Below, piece after piece: positions 38,036-52,100 of a stretch of DNA of 64,000 bases. Source of the DNA: Phoronis australis (taxonomy: Eukaryota; Animalia; Phoronida). The first letter of the stretch is position 1, and the number at the start of each line of letters is the position of its first letter. The DNA is taken from NCBI GenBank assembly GCA_002633005.1, contig NMRA01000008.1:2122598-2186597 (forward strand). The letters are read 5' to 3'. The notes beneath the pieces are model-generated. The model ran no database searches. It saw only the letters and a list, made by a program, of their open reading frames with translations, and was not told the origin of the DNA. A program made the translations under genes and the position numbers.

Positions 38036-39618
38036 TATTGTTTGTGTGATCACCGGAAATGAAGCGCCCTCATGTGCTCGAAAGATATACTATTTCCTGA
38101 TTGCAGCACAGGATTGCAGCAGCAGCAAGATTTTTCCCTGAACACTGATGAAATGTAAGGTGTTTGTGAAAATACGAAAAAGATTATTCCTCATAACTCA
38201 TGTTTTCGCCAGATTCCAAATGCTTGATGCACTCAGGCTAACTTCAAGCGCTTAGGTATCACCGTTTGGAGCATTGTCAAACCCCTACTTGACAGTGACC
38301 GTTTCTACTGTGCCCCGGCCTTGTGGCCTTTAACGGTGAAGCTCCTATACTGCTGGCGCTTCATATGCCGGAAGCTTTTTGACGAATTATAACCCACACT
38401 GTTTAAAACATTAAAGTAATGTTGTTATAAGTACCTTTTGTGCATAGAGGGACACCTTAGGAGGCCCTCGATGTCTTTAATTCCTTCTAACTTGAACAAA
38501 CTCCCACAGGCCACACATATGAAGCCATAAAGACCATAATCAGAATAATCAAACTTTTTTCGAGCTGTCAGTTGCGCAAATCGGAACTGCTCATTTTTAA
38601 CACTTCAAACACCAGGAGAAATGAGGCCAGTAGAGATGGTTGTCACTGCCTAGCAGCATCCCTGTCGCCTGTGCTCCAATCCTGTATTAGTTACTAGTCC
38701 CCTCACGAGCGCTCCACTGATCCAGGCCCAGCAGCCCAGTCACTGAAGCTGAGCCTCAGTGTCATACTCACTCTCAGTGTCAGTCGTACTCTCCACAGAC
38801 CTGGAGAATGTAAACAATATTGGGGAGGTACAAACTATTTTGCCATCACCAAACTCTTGCCCCTCCCTCCATGATGGTCCTAAATTTCCACATTGCCACG
38901 TACCACTTCCACCAGCCCTGGTTGTCGCCAATTTCACACACCCTCCTGTCATAGGCCTTAAACTGTTCTGACCTTTCTGTCTGGGGGGACAAACCGAGGG
39001 GAGTTAGCCATCAGAAGTTTGGGTACACAAATATTTAAAAAATTCACTCGAAAAGAGTTACATGCACTTAGGATATGATTTTGATAGATCTGTAGAATGC
39101 CAAAAAGATTTTACTGCCAAAATCACTCTTTAGGGGGTTATAGCACTTGGTAATGTATGAAACTCCTACCTATATCTTGATAAATTCTGGAGAAATAGCA
39201 AATGACCTCAGAATTGAGTACTAGACAGAACCGCCTCGGAATCTTCGGTTATAGATATATTTGTCCAAATGAAGCCTAAGGTCAAGATTCACTTTATTAG
39301 AGTCCAGTTTGGAAGAACTCACTTTATTAGGGTCATGCTTTGAAGGTTTTCTTTCAAAGGGTGCGGTTCCATGTGTCCCAACACTAGCTGGTTTAGGGGA
39401 TATCCCAAGTTTCTGTTGGCTGCCTCAACGGGNGGGGGGGGGGGGGGGGACAAATGCTGTAGAACTGACTGAATTTCATCAACCTCCATCAGATTTAGCC
39501 GAAATGCAAATTTCTTAGAGGGAATTATTTCTGATTATATCTGTCTTAAGGAAGTGTTGCTTCTCTAGTCCTACTTTTCAGTGTGTTCTGTTCAACTTGC
39601 ATTCTTACTGAACTTGAA

Positions 39619-40127
39619 ATGGCGAGAGATCTCATTAAACCTGAAAATATGTCAATGCCTTTTGTAGTGTGTGAGTCATCCTGGGACTTATTTAGAAATT
39701 TTCATGGGGGGCACTTTTATTTTTAATTTGATGATGTTGCCGTATGTGGTGTCGGCTAAACCCGTATGGCATCAGAAAGATCATTGTAGGCCTAATATCA
39801 TTCACTTGGACACTAAAGAGGAAAGCAACCTTTTTAATGTTGCGTTTAGTAAAAAATGCAGATTCCTGTCTGCATGTTTATCTTGGAAGTACATTTTTCT
39901 GTGTTAATTACTGTACCCATAGTGAATATGTACTGTCCATGGAACAATAGAAAATGAAGAAAACAGCCCGACAAGAGCCCCATCTGTGTTCTGCATTCAC
40001 TTCATTAGAGGAAACGTGATGTTCTGCTCCGCACTGAATACAGTCTGTGCTGGTCATATGTATTGAAAATTTAAAATTTGCATATCATCTCCTTACAGTC
40101 GATGGAAGAGGTCGTCCTTTTATTTGA
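39619..40127 (+). other. Spliced upstream ORF (26 codons) in frame with the LRR gene
   Basis: Exon 39582-39670 (ttttcAG acceptor, GTGAGT donor) with gaaATGG at 39619 joins exon 40099 to give MARDLIKPENMSMPFVVFDGRGRPFI-TGA-GAC-ATG. Confidence 0.5.
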
Positions 40128-40130
40128 GAC

Positions 40131-43100
40131 ATGGGGAAGTCTTTACTTCATATGTGTGTGCAGTGTATTGCGGAAAGCATTGATGACGTGCCTCACTTGA
40201 GTAAAAGACTTGCACCAGCTCACAAGGAACTGATCCTGGAACACTGTATTAACCATGACATGCTGACTGGATCACGCCTCCCTCATATCACATACAATCT
40301 GTTGTGTCCAGCACTAACCCATCTGAACTTGTTCAGAAGTGATCAAGTGACCGACAGTTTCCTACGCTTGTTTGGTCAATGTGGCTCTCAGTTGACTGCG
40401 CTGACCGTAGAGTCGTGTTCAAGTGTTACAGGTAACAAATCTAGTGTTAATAGGATGGTCCCGGATAGAAATCTGCTGTGTCCTGTTGGTATTAAATTGC
40501 ATTGTTACAGTGGTCTGGTTTTAAAAATATCAGGCTGATTATAGGAATCTTGTTTCAATATATAGCATCCACGGATACTTTTGAAGTTTATTCTGCATTT
40601 TGCTGTCAGAGTTGAAGCCCCCAGCATTGAAACTTTGCTAACATTGAAAGGCTGAATACAATGAATGCAGTCGAGAAAAACTCGAAAATAGCAAGGCAGC
40701 AAGCAACAAATAACGTGAGAAACTCCAATGGTTTTGAAAATGTTGCTAGAGAACTGCTTGACGGAAGTTGTGATAAATTCCCGCAAGATTAAAGCACTGT
40801 TGTGTAATCCGAGACCGTCGTGTTGTTCTTGGAAGGTTCATTCAATGTCTTGAACTTTACTTGATTATACTACCTTCAAAAACTATATAAAAACTACAAT
40901 ACAACTTTTCTGACACTATAGATTTTTGTTCTCCTCTGTGCTAATAACAGGTTATGTTTCAATAACGTCTACAGTATGTACAAGCCAAAAGAATTCAGAC
41001 AAAATTACCCAAAATTCTCCATCATGATTTCTAGGCAGAAGCCGATCTCACAGTAGTCTCCCCTCATGACTGATAATGAAAGCAAATTAACGGGAAAGTT
41101 ATGAAGATGTCTTATCCTTTCTGCAATTAGAATATACGTGTCATTTTTGCTGTCAACAGGATTAGCTGTCATGACAGGAAGACTGTATTTTGTCTTGTAC
41201 TGCATCTATTGGCATCATGGAAATCAGCTGAGGGACTTGTTTCAGAGCAGCTACCTGTACAGGTAGCTGTGTAAAAGAATCAGAACAATGAAGCTGTTGT
41301 TCATCTCAGTACACATTAAGACCCTCGTTGATAGTAACACTGTGTTGACTTAAGTTATCAGTCTGCTGAAGTTGCTATTTCGTCTTATGTAAAGTTACCA
41401 CCTTGTGTCAAGAGCCAAACACTAACTGAATTTTATGTTAATATACTTTGATAACCCTCAGGCTTTTCTTGATGCATTATGGGAACTCCACAACATGTAA
41501 CTTAGAATGCTTGTGGGTTGTTTTGATGTGTATTCTTCCTGTATTTCAGACGATGGGTTGGGTGCTTTACTGGGCCACCAGCACGAGCTGATTACATTAG
41601 AACTGAAAAAATTACCAAATGTCCAAGGACAATGCCTGTCTTCCGTACATTGTCTTCAACTGCAGCGACTTGATCTCACAAGATGTGCGACACTGAAATC
41701 TCTAGGTATTTGGAATGTTTGATTGATTGATATTTTGATTCGGACAGCAAAAATGCCTAACAGTTTCAGCTTTTAGTAGCGATGATGATTAGATGTACAC
41801 AAGACTAACCAAGACATGAATATTCTTGTCAGTAAGGTTGAAAGTTTGTTTATTTCTCAAATTCCAATCATTAGGAATGTATTTAATTAATTTCTTGCAT
41901 GCTCAGATTTTATTGTTCCTTCTAAAGAAAGTAGTTTGGGTGCCAAAATGATACATCACTCATCCTACCATTATTATAATTGGGCATATCCTCTTAAAGT
42001 TCCATGCAACAACATGTTTAAAAACCATTATACGTTTGGTTCATGTTTTAGCATGGAACCTATTGTCTTGGTTTTCCTACACAGAGAGTAGGTATTCCTA
42101 ATTACAAACTGTGACAACTGGTGGACCAAGTGAAGTTCATTGATTACTTTACTGGGAAGCTTGGTTGTCACTATCTCGACCTATTAGTGCTGCATGGGTA
42201 TTTAAAGTTCCTCCGAATTTTTTACTTAAATGGCTACTAAACCATGTTTTGGAGGTTCTATGCAGAACTGCTTTGAATTCCCTGTCTGTTACTAATGTGT
42301 TAATAAGGTTTTACCTGGAAAGATAATTAAAACCCATTGTTCAGCTGTAACTGAGTATGTATGCACAAAATGGATTCGGTGATTTGACATACCCAACTTG
42401 TCCCTTGTCACGTTTTTCCCCGTGTGTGGGTGGGCGTAGGTTGTTACAGACCGGTGCTAATAGCTTTCGGTGCGACGATATACTGAAGACTGGTTCGAGT
42501 TAATCCTTTATTAATCCCGACCGTAGGTTCACAAGACTACTCAAACAAAACGTCTGACGTAATGTCTGTTTATGCTCCAGCCAATGCTGCGAAGCCTTGA
42601 CTTGTGATGAACTTCTGAGACACGTTCAGTAACTGTTACACTCGTCGATTCAATAACCTGCTGTCTCTATAGCTGGCTCTTTATTGACTATCGCTGTAAC
42701 TGCTGATTCTCTTCACTGCGACTCAACTGTAACTCTCCTGATTAACTTTCTTGAACTGACTTGATCTGACTTGGTCTCCCGACTTGATCTCCTGATGAAC
42801 TGTTGACTTGATCTGACTTGATCTGACTTGATCTCCCGACTTGATCTGACTAACACAAACCCGTGCTAGTGTATTTATAACCTAATGCATTGTTCTGGAA
42901 CTTTACATCAATTCAAGCACATTGTAGAACTTTCCTGAATCTACACAATCATTCTACAAACATATACTAGTCTCTAGAATATTCCAGACTGCATTAATCA
43001 CTGTCATGCTAGAGTCTTCTAGAAAGTTCCACACTATACTGTAGTAAACAAATTACATCATCACTGCTCTGACCTCAGTCTTCTAGAAAGTTCCACACTA

Positions 43101-46100
43101 TTTTGTAGTAAACAAATTACATCATCACTGTACTTAACTCAGGGGTCATGCCAATCAAACAGAATAACAAAACAAAACAATATACAACTACAAATCCTGT
43201 CAGACTATATTCTGACATCCCTACAGTTGTCCATTAACTTGCTCAACGTGTTAGTCACGCTAAGTCTGTTTGACCAGATTTTGTAAGGCATTGTTAAACT
43301 TGAATCAAACTTTGAGCATTTTCCAGTGGTCTACAGATCATTGTTTTGTTTCAAATATTTAAATTTTAAGTCTACATTAATTAGATTCTGTTAACAGTCA
43401 AAAATTGGGTTCAGTGTCCTTTTTGTTAACCACAGTTCAATGCTTTATTTGCAGGACCAAACACTCTGATGTCGTGTCATTCCAGCATACAATATCTTAT
43501 TTTAAATGGTTGCTATAGACTGGACACTTCTATATTTCGAAACATATCAAGGTACTTGATAAATCTTGTGAGTATAACATCTGGTATGCATACTTAAAGC
43601 AGGTGTTGTGAGATGTTCCAAACTAGCAGTGAGCTTATACATGTTTCACTCATAATTATGGAATCTATTAATCTGCTGTGATTTTGTAAAGCTGTTGACT
43701 GTGCACTGTTAGATTTGATACGGATTTTAATATGAATACTTAAACTGACCGTGCTGGTCACTGTTTGTAGTTACGTAGTGTATACTACGTGCCGAAAATA
43801 TTGGCATGTGATAACCCACATTCACCCACATTCACCCACATTCCAGCGACTCTTGATTGGCTGTTCCACTTGCATTCAATCATCGTGACGGGAAATCCAC
43901 TTGCAGTCAAGCAGAATTCTGCGTCATTTTGTCTGGTTCCTTCTGGCATGTACTGTTACAAAATCCAATTCAAAGATGAGAAAATTACCACAATGTGAGA
44001 TGAGATCATTCAAAATGTTCTGCTGTCGTGTCTCGTTTTTGTCTCTGAATGTCATTCTTCTTCACTGTAAACTGTGTTCGCTGATGTGGAGTACACTTTG
44101 TGTAGGAGCTCCTGGACATATCAGATGTTCACTGCACAAATGATGATTGCATGGCGATGATTGCAGATGGCTGTCCTGGACTGCGCACGTAAGTGTTCTA
44201 TATTGTAGACTAAGAGCACTGTCCATGAAACCTTAATTACAACTATATGCAGAGGCACAGTCCATTGAAACCTAATGTCTTCAGCAGACATGGCAGTATG
44301 TTTGCATTCAGAATTGGTTATCGTCTAGGTGCAGTATGTAAGCAAGCCATGTAAACAAATCTCTAAGTCGAATTCTGATTTGGGAAGATACGCATCCCAA
44401 CCATCTATTTTTGGCTTAAAATTTTGAAAACTGCCCGATACATGCAACTATGGCAATTTCTTTGATTTCTTACACATTTCATCTTTATCCACTCCAGGTT
44501 TTTGATGTGAAAATGGAGATCTCATTCCTGTCTGGGTTTGGTTGACTTATGTTACAAACCAGTCTTGCCTGACTGTTGTGAAAACTTATTGTTTTTTTCT
44601 GTTTAGATCGGTGTAGCTTAATTAACGTATATCTGGCTTTATTACAGCAAACATTCGGAACTTGTTTCCAAAGCATCAAAATTGGCCCAGAAATAATTAA
44701 GTTACAACTTGAGCTCACACTATCCTGTCAAATAACACATAGCCTGCCCACGACAGTAACATGAATTAGGTGCCTGGCATAGCTTAAGCGGGATCATGGG
44801 AGGGTAACCATGTAACTTGTCGCCTAAGATGGTTCTTTTCAATCTTAATAAAGTGCTTAAAAACCACCATTTACGTTGTTCTGAAAAAAGGGGAGGCAGT
44901 GTGGCCTAGTGTGATAGGTGCCCGCCTTCTTTACTTGAGGTCGTGGGTTCGAGTCCCACCAGGTCACACTGCTAAACCCTTGAGTCAGGTTTCTAGCTCC
45001 TCAGCTTGGTTTCAACTATTATTAATAAAGCACAAAAATATTTCCAGGTGATCAGTGCAATGGGCCCACATGCGCGGCCTGCGCACGTCTGGTACGTTTA
45101 CCATACCGCCTGCAATAATTTTTTTTTTTGTTCTGACTAGTGACTATATTGTCAGCATCATTAAAAATTCCTTTGTAGCATTGCAACTGTGAATCAATTC
45201 AATATCCCCAAAACGAGAAAATAGATGAAAAGTGACTTTAATTGAAATTTTTTTAGCTCCAAGGACATGAGTGTGACTTATGAACTCACCCAGCACCACT
45301 GAGTGTATTATGTCCATCAACAAGCAATTTAATCTTGTACAAACTTGTGCCATATCCATGCTTCTCTGTCGTCACTTGGGAAAGTGAAGAGTCACAGCAT
45401 GTTCAGAGGTGCCACGACCACCATAAATACAATGCCTCACCATATTTATAAACCACGGAAAAATGAGCAGCAATATCTGACCACTTCTCGCAGTAAACGC
45501 AGTGGAGGGTGACTAAGGCTGTGATTGGTTGCCCGGATTCTACGTATTATGCATCCACCAATTAGTGCTCGTAACTCGAGATCAGCTAATTAACATATCG
45601 TCAGATGGTGTTTGAGGGTGCTCTAATTTTACAGCGGACCGTTTTTTGTATTTTGAACATCGAATTGATGGTTTTTGCACTGTATTCATGATGTGGGTCT
45701 GTTGTAGATTAAATATCTATGGCTGTAACAAACTTACGGGGTATGGAATAATGCAGGTATGTAGATCTTATTAAGAGACTCTAATTTTCCATTTTGAGTA
45801 ACACGAAATTTTATTTTAGCTCAGTATCTAGAATTCCTTTTCACCTATTTTTAAGAAGCAAATTCCTTTTGAGAGCAAACAAAACTTCATCATTCGTGAC
45901 TATCGTTAGTGCTAACAAACAGGTCATTGCGACGTGTTAAAACAGGTAGTAGAGAATATGGAACACTGCACACTCAGACTTTTGAAAACTTAGTTTATAA
46001 CTGCCTTAGGGTTCTCCTAAAATCTATGAGTATATTAATTATAACCATGTTTCTTTTCAGGTTGTTGGGAAGTGTAGTAAGCTTCAACAGCTGGACCTCT

Positions 46101-49100
46101 CTTACTGCGTCCAACTCACTGTCCCCGAGTGTCTGACCAGCCTACCTGTCTCACTGACCAGTCTCACGCTGACGGGCATCCAGCTTCAGTCAGGTGACAT
46201 CCTCATAAATGGTCTCGTGCGTCTTCGCAACCTTACACGACTGTACATGTGTGGAGTGGATGCCGTCAACGACGACACGCTACGACAGGTCTCGTTGTCA
46301 GCACTGTTTGTTTAGCAAAGTGATAATAAATCAGTGTTCTTCACTGCAGAAAGTTCACACTTGATGGGAGTCTGTATGATTAAAAACCGGACGATTGCCG
46401 CACAAATCAAGAAGTTCATGTTAAATCAACGTTTCGTCTATTCGTTAGACATCATCAGGATATTTACATAGAACAAGTGCCAACATACATCTCAGGTGAC
46501 ATCCATGAAGTGAAGTGAGAGATACAGATTAGTCAGTAGCTGGTCATCACCATAGTTGCAGGGTCACTGAGCTCTGCAGGTTGTTCAGATAATCAGTAGC
46601 ATGCTGGTTCTGAATGGCCAGTTACTCTTTAATGTACAGTAATTCCTTATTGTTTTCTCTGCAGTTAACATTTACTGAATTGGCTTGGTGATTGTTGCTA
46701 ACACAATGCCTATATATGTTGCTAGGCATTGTGTTAGCAACAATCACCAAGCCAATTCTTTTTGAACACAGACTCTTCAAGTACTTGGACACCAACTGAC
46801 CCACTTACAGCTGAGCGCCTCTCCTCGTGCCCCTGGCCAGGTACGACAAATTTTCTTACTTGGGATTTTGTAAATATTATCCTTAATTGATATTGTGTCC
46901 AAATAGGCACCAAAAAATTAGGCTTGACTTTGATGTCAGTTTAGGTGCAATGAGGGAAGTTTGACAATGCCTTTGTCGACAAATCATCAACTTCCTTATA
47001 AGGAACAAAATTCAGATATTAATGACACATTGGCCACATTTTCCACTGGTCCATACAAGCCTCCTGCCAGGCATGCAAACGATCATGAAAGAGCCCTTGT
47101 GTTTTTTTTGTAACCTATCTGCAATTAGGGCATGTGTTACGGATCCTTCTAGGTGGATTATCACTTCTAGCTTTTGGTTAATTTGCTAACTCTTGTATTG
47201 AGATAGGACGGAAATAAACACTGCTAGTACCGTTGCTATGGTGAGCTCATATCAAGGTTATGCTTCGTTCACTTCTCTAAATTAGCTCCTAAATTTTATA
47301 AGCTGTGGACAGACATCTCTTGTCTGATGTTCATTTATGGAGTTGATGTAACTGAAGCTTGCCAACACTCAGAGCTTGTATTTCTTCCTCTGACGGATGC
47401 TAAGGAAAGTGAAACAAATCACTATTAAAGCGCAATGGCGCAGTGCCCGAAAATAGTAATCATTCTATTCATCTAGGGTAACATTGTCTTCGCGCAATAT
47501 GCCTTAGTTTTGGATTGAAACTTTTGCGAGGATGTGGCTATCCTGACATGTAATTGTATTGACCTGCCTAATGTATACAACATACTACTAGATGTTTCCT
47601 GTTTCAGCTGTCTGACATTGGGTTGGAAGCCATCGCTGACTACTGCGTGAACCTAGAAGTCCTACTCTTGAGCTGTCCCTGCGGAAGCTACACTGGTAGT
47701 ACACTGCTGCCCATCACGGACAACCCTGAGAGGTGCAAGTTGATTCGAGAAATCGGCCTGTCTTCGCGCATGGTATGTTGCCTGCTTGTGTTTATGAGTA
47801 GTTTTCAAAAAAATTGATCAATCATTGATTTTGTCTACAGTTTTCAAAAAGTTAACCAAAATTGCTGAGCTTTGTGGACGTTTTTTTAGCATGGTGAAGG
47901 TGATCAGGAAAAATTGTCGGTATATTGTTTGAAAACTAGTCAAAAATCATCCTAGAATTTTGACAGAAACAGCTGCTGAAGAAAAAGTTCTCAGAACTTT
48001 AGTGATTACGAGCTGCTGAAACTACAGTCTTGGCAAACGTAGACAGTTGATTTGACCTAGTCGTTGGTGTGACTTGTTTGTTGTTTTTACCACCAGACTT
48101 TAATGATTGTTTTACAAACAAGTAGGACCAAATTTTCTAGTACCCTCAAGTTGTTTTTTTAATAAAATCCATGTGCACACTCCAGTCAGGTCCTTTATTG
48201 TTGTACGTACACTGCAGCACGTTAGGATCGAGTGCTTATGGAAAAGCATTCATTCGGTGGTTCACATTTTTACGAACAGAAATAATTGAGCGTTAATTTA
48301 AAGTAAATTTTACTTGCCACATTGTGCCTTATATTAGTTAGATTTCACTGTAACTGGCCTGTTATGCTACAGCATTGTATTGATTAATCTATTGAAAAAC
48401 CTGGGCTTGTGTTTGGAATTATGTTTAGATGTAAAAGACTGCCAAGATACGGTGTTCACTCCTTGTGAGGATAACCGAAACTTTACGAAACCATATCAAG
48501 GTTTAATGACTAGTTCATAAGAAAAGAGATAAAGGAAACTGGAAGTCAGAAGAGAAATATTCGTTGATTATAAAAAAAGACTCAGTTGTAATTTTTTGCT
48601 CCAATATTTCACCAACTTAACCTTAGTTTCATGATTATAGAGTTTATTAGTCTCTTTAATTGTTTTCGCAGATTTGCCAAGAATTAATTGACGCCGTTTC
48701 TGAGAGGTGTTGCAACCTGGAGTTACTGGACTTATCCGGCCTTGCTAGCGTAATCACCGATTCCACTCTGATAAGTTTGGCCAACAACTGTCGGAGTTTA
48801 CACACACTGTATATGAAAGGATGTAACCAAGTAAGATTTAGTAACAGTGCCTCTTTACTGGATTACCCGAGGTCTAAATAATGCCAAATTTTGACATTTG
48901 NGGGGGGGGGAGCGTTGAAGAGCTAAGTCAAAGTTCTGTACTAAATAAATATGAGCACTGCACCAGAAATCGCTTTTGCATCATATCCAGGTTCTTGTTC
49001 ACTCCTTTGCATACACTCACAAGTAAGACTCAGCTCACAGGAGTAGGAGACACAGTTGTGCTATGCTCGAATGTCTACCAACAAAGCCAGGATTCGAATC

Positions 49101-52100
49101 GAGTCTCCCAAACGCGAGCTGGAGCTCAAACCTCTGAGCTACGCCGACTTCTGTACTTACAAGTGGCGCACCTACTGTCGTTGCAAAAGTTTGTCTTCAA
49201 TTCTTTTCAATTTATGTCTGTCTCGAGGTTTTCTATCAAAGAATTGATCAAGTGTTGTTGACGATCGCACAACACCATTTAGAGGTTGACACAAATGGAT
49301 GATGGTCGTATAAGTGATAGAAGCCCTGTAATAATAATAATAAGTAAGGTTAGATGCCTCATGTTATCCCAAGCACGACTTATAAGGTTAAGTGCAACAA
49401 TTTTGTTCTATTCAGGCCACAATATGACAGACATTTGAAATTTTGTTTTGTCAAAATTTTCAGCAGAAATAAATAAAATTTATACAAAATTTACTCAGAC
49501 TGGTATTAACCGAGTGTGTAGGTGTCACAAAATGGCATTTTGATTATTACCGTAAACTCAGGGGTTAATGCCTTGGGCACTCAAATTGGGAAACCCTGAG
49601 ATGGGGTTGGCGATTACCCAAGCAATGGGCGCTAAAACAAAAATTGGCAAAAAGTTGGGAGTGAGCGATTACCTGGGCATGGGTGTTAACCCACGAGTTT
49701 ACAGCAATCAGCCTTTGGAAAATAGAAGTGTGACAATGTTGGCAATTAATTTTGTGCGATATAAGTGAATGATTGTCACACAGTAAAACTCGCAAAAGTT
49801 GTCCATGCACAAGTTAGATCTTGAACTAGGTCAAAGTTCCGCGATACGAATTTTCGACGTCTCTTGGCTCTTCATCTAAGTATGATTTCACCTTTCTCTC
49901 AGTCTAGTTGGGTATGACTCATGTGTGTTACTGTGTCACGTTGTCGTCTCATTACATTACAAATTATGGCCTCATATAGCTTGTCTTGTTACATTTCGCA
50001 AATATTTTCTTTTCAAGCTAACAGACGTGGGTGTTTGTGCTGTGGCTCGTTCCTGCTCCCTTAAAGTCATCAGCCTCTCCGGAAACCGCTTGGTGACTGA
50101 TCAGAGCATCTTCACCATCGCCAACAGTTGCTCGTACTTGGAGGAGATCTATTTAAATGGCTGTTACCATGTCTCACCAGCTGTGGTCAGATACCTCAGA
50201 GTGAGTACTGTTTGTTTATCCTTTGTCATGCAGTCACTAATGACCTGGAAAGGTAATACGTAGGTATGGGGGAGGATCTACTATGAGAGCAGATGGTGGG
50301 TATTGTCTCGGGGTACGTTTTTCAACGTTCAATATTGCCTTGGGTACCCATTTTTCTGCATTGCTTTGGATTTTAAATGTTCATTATGCTGAAGAAAGCC
50401 CCTGTTTGAGATGATGTGATGCTACTGAATAACTGAGATGTGTTCCCTACGATGCTAATAGAATGTATCCCTTCCCGGGTTGCAACAGAATACTTCCCTA
50501 CTATATTTTTATGATGAATTTGACCCTACCATTAATTTTCTGACAAAAATACACACAAAAATTGAGTTCTTCAGCCTACAATGGACCCTTGCTTTCTTAG
50601 CTCAATAAGTGACCTACTTTTGTAGCATTGCCTCGTACGCCAGTTGATACTCCACCCTTCCTTGATGTTTAAGTTACTCAGACACTGAAAATGTTTTGCG
50701 CCAAACCATTTGAAGGGTCAGATGTGTTCCTATTGAGAAGACCATGGCCGATGTAGATTTTCGGATGAGACTGTCCTCTATGGGGGCCCCCTAGTGGCAA
50801 CTTTTTTGTGTCCACAACAGTCTCTCCTGAACCATTCGCATGTTCTTTGTGGAATGTGGTCAATGCACTCCTATGAATGTGATAAATGGATGATGACGAC
50901 TTTTGATGGATCTGACTGCCCTTGTGCCTCCTTGTTGCAATTTTTGTTTTTGCATTTGCCTCTGTATCTTCCAAGTTCCTTGGTGGATTTTTATGAAATT
51001 TGATTTCTGTTATAAGGAGATGACACTGTCCCTTTTTTGGATGGATGTTTCTTATTCTGTGTCATCTACTGGCCATTATTATTATCAAGTCTGTTCTTGG
51101 CATCCCCATATATATGCCAACCTCACAAAAGATCATTGTGTTAATTGGCAGATGAGTTTCTTCTGGCAAAAGCATGACTGATGTTGATTTTTTTGGATGG
51201 CTCCAACTACTGTGGCACCCCCTAGAAGCTTACCATTGCGTTGCAATCATGGGCAGATTTCAATGGTTTGGTTTGGTTAACAGCACCCTATTTTCTATGT
51301 GTCCACAAAATTTAGTTGACACTGGCTAATGCAGTTCTAAAAAATCTTGGCAGTGAACTATATTCAACTTTATGTCTAAAAACATGCAATTGTAATTTAA
51401 ATCTACAATTAGTTTCAGGACAAGTCACGGTCCACTTAAAAAACAGCGAGAGTTCAGATTAAATAATGAGTTACACAGAGTAGTTATCAAAATAAACTGG
51501 ACAGTGTCTAAATTCAACAAAGTTTTGACTCACAAAAACACAACTAAATAATTCTTTTTACCTGGAATCCCATTCTGTGCTTGACGAGGGGCTTTTCAAG
51601 TGTTGTTTTGGGGAGAATAGAGTTTCCAGATGATATTTAGTGAATGATTTGCGGATTACAGTGTCAAAGTGATTCTTTTCACTTCGAGTCGCATTCAATG
51701 CTGGCTAAATCTCAACAGGTGTTGCTTCTTACACTGTCTTTATCAAAACGTGTACTCATGGTGCAAGGCTATTCACATGAGCAGCTAGGCACATTTAACT
51801 CCGATTGAATTTTTGACAAAGGTCCTATTTTTGTGACTTAAGTTCCACTTAACTGCCAAGTAATTCTAGCAAGAAGTTGGACATATTTTGATGGAGTTTG
51901 AGAACTTTTTGTCGACGTTTGTCTAGTTTATTTTGAAAACTATTGTTCCAAGTTTCTGTCTAGTAATCTATTTTATTTTACCTAATTTGTTTGGTGATGT
52001 TTTAACTGAAATCCTCAAAACAGTGAACAGTGTAAATTTGCTTTGTTCTTGCTATATTCTATATTACTTTTTATTGTAGGACACATGCATTCCACGAGTT

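Noticed and set aside
38640-38990. GC-richer segment with short ORFs between RMND5 and the LRR gene
   Set aside because: Could not be assigned to any protein family or spliced into either gene.
44890-44965. tRNA gene
   Set aside because: A and B boxes are present but there is no proper cloverleaf, and it continues into a ~170-bp body shared with a second copy. It is a SINE head.
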